Below, one piece after another: positions 1 through 8,165 of a DNA stretch of 36,805 bases. Every line of letters begins with the position of its first letter. The first letter of the stretch is position 1. The position numbers were made by a program, and so were the translations under genes. The stretch is from contig DATCFH010000206.1 in assembly GCA_036509625.1 (NCBI GenBank), forward strand, positions 1 through 36,805, in the 5' to 3' direction. Under the pieces are notes generated by a model that ran no database searches, was not told where the DNA came from, and saw only the letters and a program-made list of their open reading frames with translations. The stretch is from Verrucomicrobiia bacterium (GTDB lineage: Bacteria; Verrucomicrobiota; Verrucomicrobiia; Limisphaerales; UBA11358).

Positions 1-757
1 GCTCGTGAGCAACGCGACCGGCTACGATTTTCATCCTGAATTCGACAAGCAAATCGCCTACATCGCCGCACATCCCGAAATCCGCGACGTGCTTTTGAGC
101 GGCGGCGACCCGCTACTCTTGAGCGACGACAAACTGGAAAATTTATTGAGTCGCCTGCGCGCGATTCCGCACATTGAATTTCTCCGCATCGGTTCGCGCA
201 TTCCGACATTTTTGCCGCAACGCATCACGCCGGAACTCTGCGCGATGCTGAAAAAGTTTCATCCGCTCTTCATGAGCATTCACTCGAATCATCCGCGCGA
301 ACTCACGACCGAAGTGCGCGATGCGATGGGTCGCCTTGCCGACGCGGGCATTCCGCTTGGCAACCAAAGTGTGTTGCTCAAGCACGTCAACGACGACGCG
401 GATGTGATGAAAGCGCACGTCCAAAAACTTTTGATGTGCCGGGTAAAACCCTATTACATTTACCAGTGCGATTTGATTTCCGGCTCCGCGCACCTGCGCG
501 TCAGCGTCCGCAAGGGGCTTGAGATCATGGAAAAATTGCGCGGGCACACGACCGGTTACGCCGTGCCGACCTACGTCATTGACGCGCCCGGCGGCGGCGG
601 CAAAGTGCCGGTGAATCCCGAATACGTTTTGAGCCACAACGCCGACCGCGTGGTCATCCGCAATTTCGAGGGGAAAATCTTCGAGTATCCCGAAGCGCCC
701 GACGGCACGCCGCTCGCTAAACCGCCGAAGAAAATTGCAGAGCCGGAGTTGGTTTAA
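1..757 (+). CDS. kamA: Lysine 2,3-aminomutase family radical-SAM protein (KamA/EpmB-like), 5' end cut by the window edge
   Basis: The reading frame is open to the window start. Translated motifs DVLLSGGDPLLL, FMSIHSNHPRELT, PLGNQSVLLKHVNDD and VKPYYIYQCDL match the conserved C-terminal two thirds of KamA-family aminomutases. The CxxxCxxC cluster motif would lie upstream of the window. Confidence 0.8.
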   Translation, partial: LVSNATGYDFHPEFDKQIAYIAAHPEIRDVLLSGGDPLLLSDDKLENLLSRLRAIPHIEFLRIGSRIPTFLPQRITPELCAMLKKFHPLFMSIHSNHPRELTTEVRDAMGRLADAGIPLGNQSVLLKHVNDDADVMKAHVQKLLMCRVKPYYIYQCDLISGSAHLRVSVRKGLEIMEKLRGHTTGYAVPTYVIDAPGGGGKVPVNPEYVLSHNADRVVIRNFEGKIFEYPEAPDGTPLAKPPKKIAEPELV

Positions 758-777
758 GTCTGACGACTGTAAATTTT

Positions 778-1509
778 GTGAATAAACAGCTAGAGCTTTT
801 CTATCTAAATAAATTCAAGGAGAGCTTTTCAAATTTCCCTCATGGAAATATTTTTCCTGATGAAAAACCTGATTTTTTAATCAAAGATGCAAACGAAATT
901 GTGGGGGTTGAAATTACAGGTTTTTACCGTGAAACAGCTTCCAAAACTCAACGCCCGCTACAGCAAAGAGAAGGTTTAAGAAATAGAATTATTGCTCTAG
1001 CTAAATCCATTTATGATGGCAAAGAGTTGCCATCCGTTTATGTAACTATTCAGTTTGATCTTAATTTTTATTGTGGAAAATCCGAGGTTCAACGTATCGC
1101 CGAACGATTTGCTGACTTAACTGAACAGTCGTTATCAAATCTAGCGGAAGGAAAAGTTTGGAAAATTTACGACATTCAGTTGAAAGGCGTTCATTCATTA
1201 TCTGTCGAAAAAAGGGAGTGGCAAAAAAGTGATTGGACTGCACCTCTAGTCAGTTTTCTGCCCACGGCAAATCCACAGCAAATTCAGGAAATTCTTGATG
1301 AGAAAAATATTCTTTGTGAGGTTTACAGAAAAAAGTGCAACAAAATCTGGCTCGTAATAATAATGGATCGTTTTAAGAGCTCATCGTTTTCTTTAATTCC
1401 AGAAATGGTTTCAGAACATTTCTACACGCATAATTTTGATTCGGCTTTTCTATTTTTATACGATCATAATCATCCGCGGAAGCCGCCCATTCTTTTGAAA
1501 AAAGAATAA
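778..1509 (+). CDS. Hypothetical protein in a strongly AT-rich gene; possible PD-(D/E)xK-like nuclease fold at the N-terminus
   Basis: Uninterrupted 243-codon ORF with a GTG start, 20 nt after the kamA stop. Sampled lines are roughly one third G+C by eye, while the flanking genes are well above one half. The N-terminal segment EKPDFLIKDANEIVGVEITGFY looks like a D...E-x-(K/T) nuclease core. I recognise no family with confidence. Confidence 0.5.
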   Translation: MNKQLELFYLNKFKESFSNFPHGNIFPDEKPDFLIKDANEIVGVEITGFYRETASKTQRPLQQREGLRNRIIALAKSIYDGKELPSVYVTIQFDLNFYCGKSEVQRIAERFADLTEQSLSNLAEGKVWKIYDIQLKGVHSLSVEKREWQKSDWTAPLVSFLPTANPQQIQEILDEKNILCEVYRKKCNKIWLVIIMDRFKSSSFSLIPEMVSEHFYTHNFDSAFLFLYDHNHPRKPPILLKKE

Positions 1510-1516
1510 AAATTCC

Positions 1517-1700
1517 CAGCGCCGTAGGCGCGACATCTTTGTAGAAACCCAAACCAAAAATTCTCTAGCCCCGTCGGGGCGACATATTCTTTACCAGAAG
1601 ATTTCGCTCCTTCCGCCTTCGCCTCCGGCTACGGCGCGACAAGACGGAGCTTTGGTCGTTTTTAATTTTCCAACTACAAAGATGCCACTCCTACGGGCTT
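1517..1700. repeat. MITE/REP-like element: three direct copies of a hairpin-bearing unit, closed by an inverted copy
   Basis: Unit 1 is GCCGTAGGCGCGACATCTTTGTAG at 1521-1544. Unit 2 is AGCCCCGTCGGGGCGACATATTCTTTACC at 1567-1595. Unit 3 is GGCTACGGCGCGACAAGACGG at about 1628-1648. The inverted copy CTACAAAGATGCCACTCCTACGGGC lies at 1674-1698. Its reverse complement GCCCGTAGGAGTGGCATCTTTGTAG matches unit 1 except in the central 5 nt. The units contain short palindromes (GCGCC-GTA-GGCGC and GCCCC-GTC-GGGGC). Confidence 0.55.
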
Positions 1701-1706
1701 TCAAAA

Positions 1707-2015
1707 TCAAACCGCTGATTTGATTTTTGGTTCGCCGCGCGCGCCGTGCCAGAAGCGCAGCACATAAATAATTTCACGGTCGGAAAAAATTTCGTAGATG
1801 ATCCGATATGCGCCGTGGATGATTTCGCGGACGGTTGGCTCGCCAATCTCCGGCACGGCGCGGCCAAGTTCTGGAAAAGCAGCGGTGGCCGGCGCGCGGT
1901 CAATCAGTTCATTGCCAAAAGTGCGGGCGCGTCCGGGATTGTCTCTGGCGATGAAGGTGACGATGTTTTCCAAATCGTCCTGCGACTGCGGCGTGAGAAT
2001 TACTTTGAAGCCCAT
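1707..2015 (-). CDS. Type II toxin-antitoxin system toxin, RelE/ParE family
   Basis: 102 aa. The pattern KVILTPQSQDDLENIVTFIARDNP...A..F...L......FPELGR...E......REIIHGAYRIIYEI..REIIYVLRFWHGAR is the typical ParE/RelE layout. It overlaps the upstream small ORF by 16 nt. Confidence 0.85.
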   Translation of the reverse strand: MGFKVILTPQSQDDLENIVTFIARDNPGRARTFGNELIDRAPATAAFPELGRAVPEIGEPTVREIIHGAYRIIYEIFSDREIIYVLRFWHGARGEPKIKSAV

Positions 2016-2206
2016 GCGTCCACCAGCTTGCGGGCGTTTTCTGCCGGAATTCCCTCGCGGTTGCGCGCCTGTTCGCGCGCGGTCTGGAGGCCGGCGAGCA
2101 ATTCAATCTCCCGCGCAATTTCCGCCAGCGGCATTTCGGCCGGCAGTCTGCTGACAAATTCAATGACGGTTTCTCGGCTGCTCACAATGGAATTATCATT
2201 CGCCAC
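2000..2206 (-). CDS. Putative cognate antitoxin of the ParE-like toxin
   Basis: 68-aa ORF with a GTG start, immediately upstream of the toxin gene and overlapping it, which is the classic TA arrangement. I do not recognise the protein family itself. Confidence 0.6.
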   Translation of the reverse strand: MANDNSIVSSRETVIEFVSRLPAEMPLAEIAREIELLAGLQTAREQARNREGIPAENARKLVDAWASK

Positions 2207-2272
2207 CGAAAAGTTGCAAGGCGGACATTTTGCTTCCGCACATTTTTTCGGTTTGCCGCGCGCGCTGCAACC

Positions 2273-4720
2273 TCAACGGCGGCGCTTGGAAAAATTGCCG
2301 CTGTTACTGGCTTTCATCAATGGTCGCTGCGAGGTGGGCAATTGCGAACCGGACGTGCGGAACATCGGCTTCGATTCCGGTGGACGCGCATCTTCCCGTC
2401 GCGCTGAAGTTGAACGCGAATCTTGCGGTCGCGAATCCGACCTGCGTGCGGACGACGGACGGGAATCTTTTTGCTCCGATTTTTTCCAGTGCGATTTGTT
2501 GGCGGGCGTGAATGCCGGACGTTTATTTTCTTGTCGAAACGGCGCAGATTTTTTGGGCTGTGAAAATTGCTGCGGACGCGCGGGCGCAGGACGCGATGCT
2601 TGCGGACGCAACGGCGCAGGTTTGCGTTCTTCCACGGCCAGACAAAAATCCACCTGCTTCTTGAACGAATCCACTTTGGCAACTTGCACCGTGAGTTTAT
2701 CGCCCAGCTTGATCACGCGGCGCGTGCGGCGGCCAACGAGATTGCGACGACGGTCGTCAAAGACATAAAAGTCATCTTCAATCGTGGACAACGGCACGAG
2801 GCCGCTCATCGCAAGTCCGGTCACGTCCACAAAAAATCCGAAGTTGCGAACGTCCGTCACGAGCGCGGGATATTTTATCGGCTCGCCGGATTCCAATTGC
2901 ACTTTCAAGAACGCAAACAACTTCACGTCTTTGCTGTCGCGCTCGGCGTCGGCGGAATTTCTTTCCGTGACGGAAATATGTTCAGCGATTTCTTTCAGCG
3001 CGGATTCTTTCGCCGCGATTTTATCAAACAACGCGCGATGCACGACGAGGTCGGCATAGCGGCGGATGGGCGAGGTGAAGTGCGTGTATTTTTTCTTCGC
3101 GAGTCCGTAATGACCGAGCGGCTCGACCGAGTAGCACGCACGCATAAGCGATTTCAGAAAACCAATCTTGAGCGCCGGACCAATCGGCAATGTGCCGAGC
3201 TTCGATAAAAGTTTTTGCACTTCGGCGGGCTGGCTCAAGTTGCCACATTGGACATTGTGCGCCAAAACATCCTGCCGGTATTCCTGCAAACGCCGCGCGT
3301 CCGGCTCCTCGTGCACGCGATAAATCGCGGGTGTCCGCAAACTCATCAGCCGCGTCGCGACGGCTTCGTTTGCGAGCAACATATATTCCTCGATCAACTG
3401 ATGTGACACGTCGTTCTCGTTTTTCTCGATGCGTAAAATTTTTCCATTTTCGTCCAGCCGGATTTTCGTTTCGGGAAAATCCAGTTCCAGTGAACCATTC
3501 TTGAAACGATGCTTGCGGATTTTTTGCGCGAGCTGATGCGCCGAATGCAGCATTTGTTCAATCGGATCGTCCGCCGGTGCGTGTTGCAAAATTTCCAGCA
3601 CTTGCGCGTAAGCGAAACGCTTTTGAGAATGAATGACGGCAGCGTGAAATTTCGTGCTCAACACGCGCCCATCCGCCGAAACTAAAAATTCCACGCACTT
3701 CGTCAGCCGATCCACGTTTGGTTTGAGCGAGCAAAGTTCGTTGCTCAAGGCTTCCGGCAGCATCGGAATCACACGGTCCACGAGGTAAGTTGAGTTGCCG
3801 CGTTTGCGCGCTTCTTCGTCGAGCGCCGTTCCCGGTTTGACGTAATGCGACACGTCCGCGATGTGAACCCACAAGCGCCATTGCTCCGGCGAAATTTTTT
3901 CGAGACAAATCGCGTCGTCAAAATCTTTCGCGTCGTCGGGATCAATCGTGACGACGTTGTGCGCGCGGCAATCAAGGCGACCGGCCAGATCTTTTTCGTG
4001 AACCGTTGAGCCGACGGCATGCGCCTCGGCCAAAACATTTTTTGGAAAATGCAGCGGCAAATTGTATTGGCGCAAAACCGAAAGCATATCTACGCCTTCT
4101 TCATCCGGCGCGCCGAGGACTTCGACAATTTCGCCTTCGGGATTGGCGTTGCGCTCTTCCCATTCGCGCAGTTCGACGACCACTTTGTCACCCACGCGCG
4201 CGGGACGACCGACATCGCGCGGCGGCGTCACATAAACATCGTGCGGAATGCGCGGGTCATCGGGAACAACGTAGAGAAAACTTTTGCTCTGTTGCAACGT
4301 GCCGACAATCTGTGTGCGACGGCGTTCCAAAATGCGGACGACTGTGCCGGTTTCGGTGTCGCCGTCGCGAAAATTTTTCCGGCGCACATCGCGGCGCACG
4401 AGCACGCGATCTTCATGCAACGCCGTGCCAGTGGCGCTTTCGGCAATGGCAATTTCCTTCAAGTTGGAATCGTCCGGCTGCAAAAAACCTTTGCCCGCGC
4501 GGTTCATGCGGATGCGACCGGGAATCAAATCCGCATCGCTGGCGAGCGCGTAACGCGCGCCTTTGATCTGCACGATTTCGCCATCGCGTTCCAGCTTGCG
4601 AAGCATGCGCTGAAATTCCGGCTCCTGCTCCGGCGTCACGCGCAGGTGACGCTGCAAATTTTCAAAACTTAAAGGAACATAATCTTTTTGTTCCAGCAAC
4701 CGGATGATTTGGTCTTTCAT
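2273..4720 (-). CDS. rnr: Ribonuclease R (3'-5' exoribonuclease) with a long basic low-complexity C-terminal tail
   Basis: N-terminal HTH and cold-shock-like region, RNB catalytic motifs (TIDPDDAKDFDDA, STYLVDRVIPMLP, YTHFTSPIRRYADLVVHR), a C-terminal S1 domain and a Lys/Arg/Ser/Pro-rich tail. I prefer the ATG at 4720 (MKDQIIRLLEQ) because it forms an ATGA overlap with the upstream stop. The ORF track start at 4753 would overlap the upstream gene by 37 nt. Confidence 0.93.
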   Translation of the reverse strand: MKDQIIRLLEQKDYVPLSFENLQRHLRVTPEQEPEFQRMLRKLERDGEIVQIKGARYALASDADLIPGRIRMNRAGKGFLQPDDSNLKEIAIAESATGTALHEDRVLVRRDVRRKNFRDGDTETGTVVRILERRRTQIVGTLQQSKSFLYVVPDDPRIPHDVYVTPPRDVGRPARVGDKVVVELREWEERNANPEGEIVEVLGAPDEEGVDMLSVLRQYNLPLHFPKNVLAEAHAVGSTVHEKDLAGRLDCRAHNVVTIDPDDAKDFDDAICLEKISPEQWRLWVHIADVSHYVKPGTALDEEARKRGNSTYLVDRVIPMLPEALSNELCSLKPNVDRLTKCVEFLVSADGRVLSTKFHAAVIHSQKRFAYAQVLEILQHAPADDPIEQMLHSAHQLAQKIRKHRFKNGSLELDFPETKIRLDENGKILRIEKNENDVSHQLIEEYMLLANEAVATRLMSLRTPAIYRVHEEPDARRLQEYRQDVLAHNVQCGNLSQPAEVQKLLSKLGTLPIGPALKIGFLKSLMRACYSVEPLGHYGLAKKKYTHFTSPIRRYADLVVHRALFDKIAAKESALKEIAEHISVTERNSADAERDSKDVKLFAFLKVQLESGEPIKYPALVTDVRNFGFFVDVTGLAMSGLVPLSTIEDDFYVFDDRRRNLVGRRTRRVIKLGDKLTVQVAKVDSFKKQVDFCLAVEERKPAPLRPQASRPAPARPQQFSQPKKSAPFRQENKRPAFTPANKSHWKKSEQKDSRPSSARRSDSRPQDSRSTSARREDARPPESKPMFRTSGSQLPTSQRPLMKASNSGNFSKRRR

Positions 4721-5595
4721 GGTTTTGGTTTTAATCGCGCGCCCGGCGCCCACGTTTCATTTTCCAGCAGTTGAATTCCGGGTTTAAGAAATTCGATGCG
4801 CCGCGTTTTGTAAAGTTTTCCAAGCGCCTGCTTGAAGGCTTTTTTGCTCACGTTGAAATTTTGCCGAATCTCGACGGGCGAACTGTTGTCGTCAAATGTC
4901 AATTTGCCGCCGCTCATTTTGAGCGCCGTGACAATTAAATCCGTCAGCGGCGCGACGCGTTTATAGCCAACGGCATCAAGGCTTAAATCAATTTTTCCAT
5001 TCGCGCGCACGGTGCGGACAAAACCTTTCATGCGTGCGCCAATCTTGAGCGCGTAGGCGAGCTGGCTTTTGTAAAGCAAACCGAAATGCGCGTTGTCCAC
5101 GATGGCGTTGTAGCCGAGCGGCGTCTTGGCGGTGACGAGAATGCTGACCGGCTGCCCGTCGCGATACGCGGGCGTGTCGCGATTGAGATGACGATTGAGC
5201 CGCGTGCTGGCGAGAATGCGATTCGTCTGCGCGTCGAGTGCGACAAAAACCACCGCCCAATCGCCGACGCGCAACGGGATTTCCTGTTCGCGAAACGGCA
5301 CGAGCAAATCTTTCGCGAGTCCCCAATCGAGAAACGCGCCGATCTGCGGATTCACGTTGATGACTTTCATGTAGCCGAATTCGCCGACCAGCGCGTGCGG
5401 TTTTTCCGTGGTGGCGACGAGGCGATCTTCGGAATCGCGATAGACAAAAACATCCAGCTTTTGCTTCGGCGCGAGACCGGCGGGAATGTAGCGGCCGGGC
5501 AAAAGAATTTCGCCGAGCTCGCCGCCGTCGAGATACAGACCGGGCTGCGACGCGCGGATGATCGCGAGCGAATTGCGTTTGCCGAGAATTGCCAT
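4717..5595 (-). CDS. cvfB: CvfB/YitL family S1-domain RNA-binding protein
   Basis: 292 aa. The hallmark segment GEFGYMKVINVNPQIGAFLDWGLAKDLLVPFREQ, repeated S1-like modules and a C-terminal winged-helix-like region (SKKAFKQALGKLYKTRRIEF) fit the family. Confidence 0.8.
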   Translation of the reverse strand: MAILGKRNSLAIIRASQPGLYLDGGELGEILLPGRYIPAGLAPKQKLDVFVYRDSEDRLVATTEKPHALVGEFGYMKVINVNPQIGAFLDWGLAKDLLVPFREQEIPLRVGDWAVVFVALDAQTNRILASTRLNRHLNRDTPAYRDGQPVSILVTAKTPLGYNAIVDNAHFGLLYKSQLAYALKIGARMKGFVRTVRANGKIDLSLDAVGYKRVAPLTDLIVTALKMSGGKLTFDDNSSPVEIRQNFNVSKKAFKQALGKLYKTRRIEFLKPGIQLLENETWAPGARLKPKP

Positions 5596-5679
5596 GCGCA
5601 GACAGCGTAAGCCGGTCGCGCGATCAACGGTAGGAAAAACGGTGGCGAATGTCCGGCGGACAAACGCAAAAGAAAATTT

Positions 5680-6810
5680 TTAACGCGCGTTGACGGCGGC
5701 GGAAAACTTTTCCAGCGCATCGGCAAACTGTTTTGGATCGAAATCAGGAATGGACTGCGCAAGTTTGAATAATTGGTTGAGTGAGGCTTGCACCGGCTCG
5801 TTATTTTTCAATTCCGGTAATGCGGCAACCAAACGGTCGAGCGCGAGCACTAGACGCTCGGCGCGGCGGGCTTGGTATTCATTGGAAAAGTCTGTATCAC
5901 CTCCGAACCCAAGATGATTCTTGTCTAAAAGTTGGTTCAGACATTTGCGTGAAAGAGCGGAAGTCCATTCGATATTAGCAGCAGCGTGAGCAAGCTGGTC
6001 GGCCCATTTTTGATTGCTCGCATGAGTTCCCATTGAATCTCTAACATCGGCAGGCAAGCTGGCATCTGCTCCATCTATCTGTTTCAAAACCCAGACCAGG
6101 GCTAACCAACGATTCTCCTGATTTTCCGTCGGTGAAGTTTCCTTGGCAAGTTGCCAGCTCATTTCGCGCAACGCTACCGCCTGTCCGACGAGCCACGCCT
6201 GCGCGCCATTGCCGTTTTTGTCCGCGCTCCAATGTTTTGGTTCGGCGACGCTTTGGCCGTCGAGTTCAAAAATTAATTCAGGATGACCGGCTTTGAGAAT
6301 GTCGGCATCCACATTCTGATGACACGCAACGCAAGTGTTCGCGCGGACGTAAAGATTTTGCAGGTCGCGCATTCCCGTCGCCGTGCGGTCGGCGTGCGTA
6401 TAATCCGTCCGCGTGTGCGAACGAATCCAGTTCTCCGCCGGGCCGTGGCAGCTTTCGCACGAAACACCTTCGCTCACCTTGAAATCTTCGCCGCGCAGAT
6501 TTTCCGGCACGTCATGCAGCGGCGCATGGCAGGTCGTGCAGCGCGCGTCCGCCGTCGCATCTTTGATTTGCAGCGCATCGGCAATTTGTTTTGCGCGCGC
6601 CGTCGTGAGCGTTGCCGCTGGTCGTTGCGAATGAAAATCTTTGAGCGACCAGACGAGGAACTGGTTTTGATTCTGGCCGCCGCCGCCGTGGCAACTGGAA
6701 TCGGCGCAGGAATTCGCGCCAAGAAATTTTGGCGGCGTGTCCGCGCCGCGCGTTGCGACGACGGCCAGCAGCAATCCGGCAATGAGAGGGCGACAAATTG
6801 TTTTACTCAC
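5680..6810 (-). CDS. Secreted multiheme c-type cytochrome (3 CxxCH plus 1 Cx4CH) with a heme-free helical C-terminal half
   Basis: Heme motifs are CADSSCH, CTTCH, CESCH and CVACH. I prefer the GTG start at 6810 (VSKTICRPLIAGLLLAVVATRGADT), which gives a signal peptide. The longer ORF to 6942 is Arg-rich and overlaps the divergent gene. Confidence 0.8.
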   Translation of the reverse strand: MSKTICRPLIAGLLLAVVATRGADTPPKFLGANSCADSSCHGGGGQNQNQFLVWSLKDFHSQRPAATLTTARAKQIADALQIKDATADARCTTCHAPLHDVPENLRGEDFKVSEGVSCESCHGPAENWIRSHTRTDYTHADRTATGMRDLQNLYVRANTCVACHQNVDADILKAGHPELIFELDGQSVAEPKHWSADKNGNGAQAWLVGQAVALREMSWQLAKETSPTENQENRWLALVWVLKQIDGADASLPADVRDSMGTHASNQKWADQLAHAAANIEWTSALSRKCLNQLLDKNHLGFGGDTDFSNEYQARRAERLVLALDRLVAALPELKNNEPVQASLNQLFKLAQSIPDFDPKQFADALEKFSAAVNAR

Positions 6811-6839
6811 GGCGACAAATTGGTTAATGGAGTGGCAGC

Positions 6840-8147
6840 GTGAATGCAACCCTAATTGATTCCCTGCGCGTCGCCAGCGGAGGCAGTTTGAGCTTCGCCG
6901 CCGGCATTGCGCTGCTCGCCGGACTGCTCGCGTGGCTCGCATTGGAAATTTTCCGTTCGCTCCTCCGCGTTTTGGCCGAGAACCGGCAGCAGCACGTCGC
7001 GCTGGAAAAACTGCACGCCCAACTCGCCGAAACGAAACTTCGTTGCCGCGAGGCCGAATCGGCGCAAACCGGCTGGAACGGTTTGCGGAAATTTTCCGTC
7101 GTCAAAAAAAATCCCGAGTGCGAGGACGTGAACGCATTTTATTTGAAGCCGCACGACGGCCGTCCGCTGCCGCAGTTCAAGCCCGGCCAGTATCTCACAT
7201 TTCAACTCGATGTGCCCGGACGCGATAAACCTTTGATTCGTTGTTACTCGCTTTCCGACAGTCCGCATCAAAAAGAGTATTACCGCGTCACCATCAAAAA
7301 AGAAAAAGCGCCGCCGGACAAACCGGAATTGCCACACGGTGCTGGTTCCAGTTTTTTCACCGACGTGGTGAAAGAAGGCGACATCCTCAACGTCAAAGCG
7401 CCGACCGGCCATTTCTTTTTGGACATGACGAAAACGAACCCCGTCGTGTTGCTCGCGGGCGGCGTCGGCATCACACCGATGTTGAGCATGGCCAGCGCGA
7501 TTGCGGCGAGCGGCTCGAAACGCGAGGCGTATTTTTTCTTTGGCGTCCGCAATGTCCGCGAACACATCCATAAAGCCGAACTGGAAAAACTGGCGGCGGA
7601 AAATGACAACATCCATTTGCACATCGCTTACAGCAAACCCGGTGAGCGCGATGTGAAAGGAAAAGACTTTCATCACGAAGGCCGCGTGGGCATTGAGCTT
7701 TTGAAGGAAATTTTGCCGTCGAACAATTTTGAATACTACCTTTGCGGCAGCGGCGCATTCATGAAAAGTCTGACGGACGGCCTCGAAGCGTGGGGCGTGC
7801 CGGACAGCGTCGTCCACTTCGAGGCGTTTGGCCCGGCGACGGTGAAGAAAAAAACGACCGCGCCATCGCCAAGTGAAACGGTTCATCTCGCAAAAATAAA
7901 TGTGACCTTCGCGCGCTCGAACAAGACGGTGCGCTGGGATCCGGCGGCGGAAAATATTTTGGAATTTGCCAAGGCGCAAGGTGTGAAGATTGATTCCGGC
8001 TGTTGCGCGGGCAGTTGCGGTTCGTGCGTCGTCGCCATCAAATCCGGCGACGTGGATTATTTGAAGAAGCCCGACGCCACGCCCGAAGCCGGCAGTTGTT
8101 TCACCTGCGTTTGCCGACCGAAAAACGATTTGGTTTTGGATGCTTAA
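6840..8147 (+). CDS. Membrane-anchored FAD/NAD(P)H oxidoreductase with a C-terminal plant-type 2Fe-2S ferredoxin domain
   Basis: Domain order is an N-terminal TM helix (LSFAAGIALLAGLLAWLALEIF), a coiled segment, the FAD motif RCYSLS, the NAD(P) motif GGVGITPMLSM, YLCGSGAFM, and the 2Fe-2S motif C-x4-C-x2-C...C (CCAGSCGSC...CVC). The start is a GTG at 6840. Confidence 0.85.
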   Translation: MNATLIDSLRVASGGSLSFAAGIALLAGLLAWLALEIFRSLLRVLAENRQQHVALEKLHAQLAETKLRCREAESAQTGWNGLRKFSVVKKNPECEDVNAFYLKPHDGRPLPQFKPGQYLTFQLDVPGRDKPLIRCYSLSDSPHQKEYYRVTIKKEKAPPDKPELPHGAGSSFFTDVVKEGDILNVKAPTGHFFLDMTKTNPVVLLAGGVGITPMLSMASAIAASGSKREAYFFFGVRNVREHIHKAELEKLAAENDNIHLHIAYSKPGERDVKGKDFHHEGRVGIELLKEILPSNNFEYYLCGSGAFMKSLTDGLEAWGVPDSVVHFEAFGPATVKKKTTAPSPSETVHLAKINVTFARSNKTVRWDPAAENILEFAKAQGVKIDSGCCAGSCGSCVVAIKSGDVDYLKKPDATPEAGSCFTCVCRPKNDLVLDA

Positions 8148-8165
8148 AAAAATTCCGAACTAAAA

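Noticed and set aside
1746-2768. 340-aa plus-strand ORF spanning the TA pair and the rnr 3' end
   Set aside because: It is antisense to three well-supported genes. Its Arg/Ala/Ser-rich composition is typical of shadow ORFs in G+C-rich DNA, and it has no recognisable motifs.
6811-6942. N-terminal 44-codon extension of the four-heme cytochrome ORF
   Set aside because: It is Arg/Cys-rich and non-signal-like, and it overlaps the divergent gene start. The GTG at 6810 yields a proper signal peptide.
6852-7979. 375-aa minus-strand ORF opposite the FAD/2Fe-2S reductase gene
   Set aside because: It is an antisense shadow ORF. The plus-strand frame carries clear cofactor motifs and this one has none.
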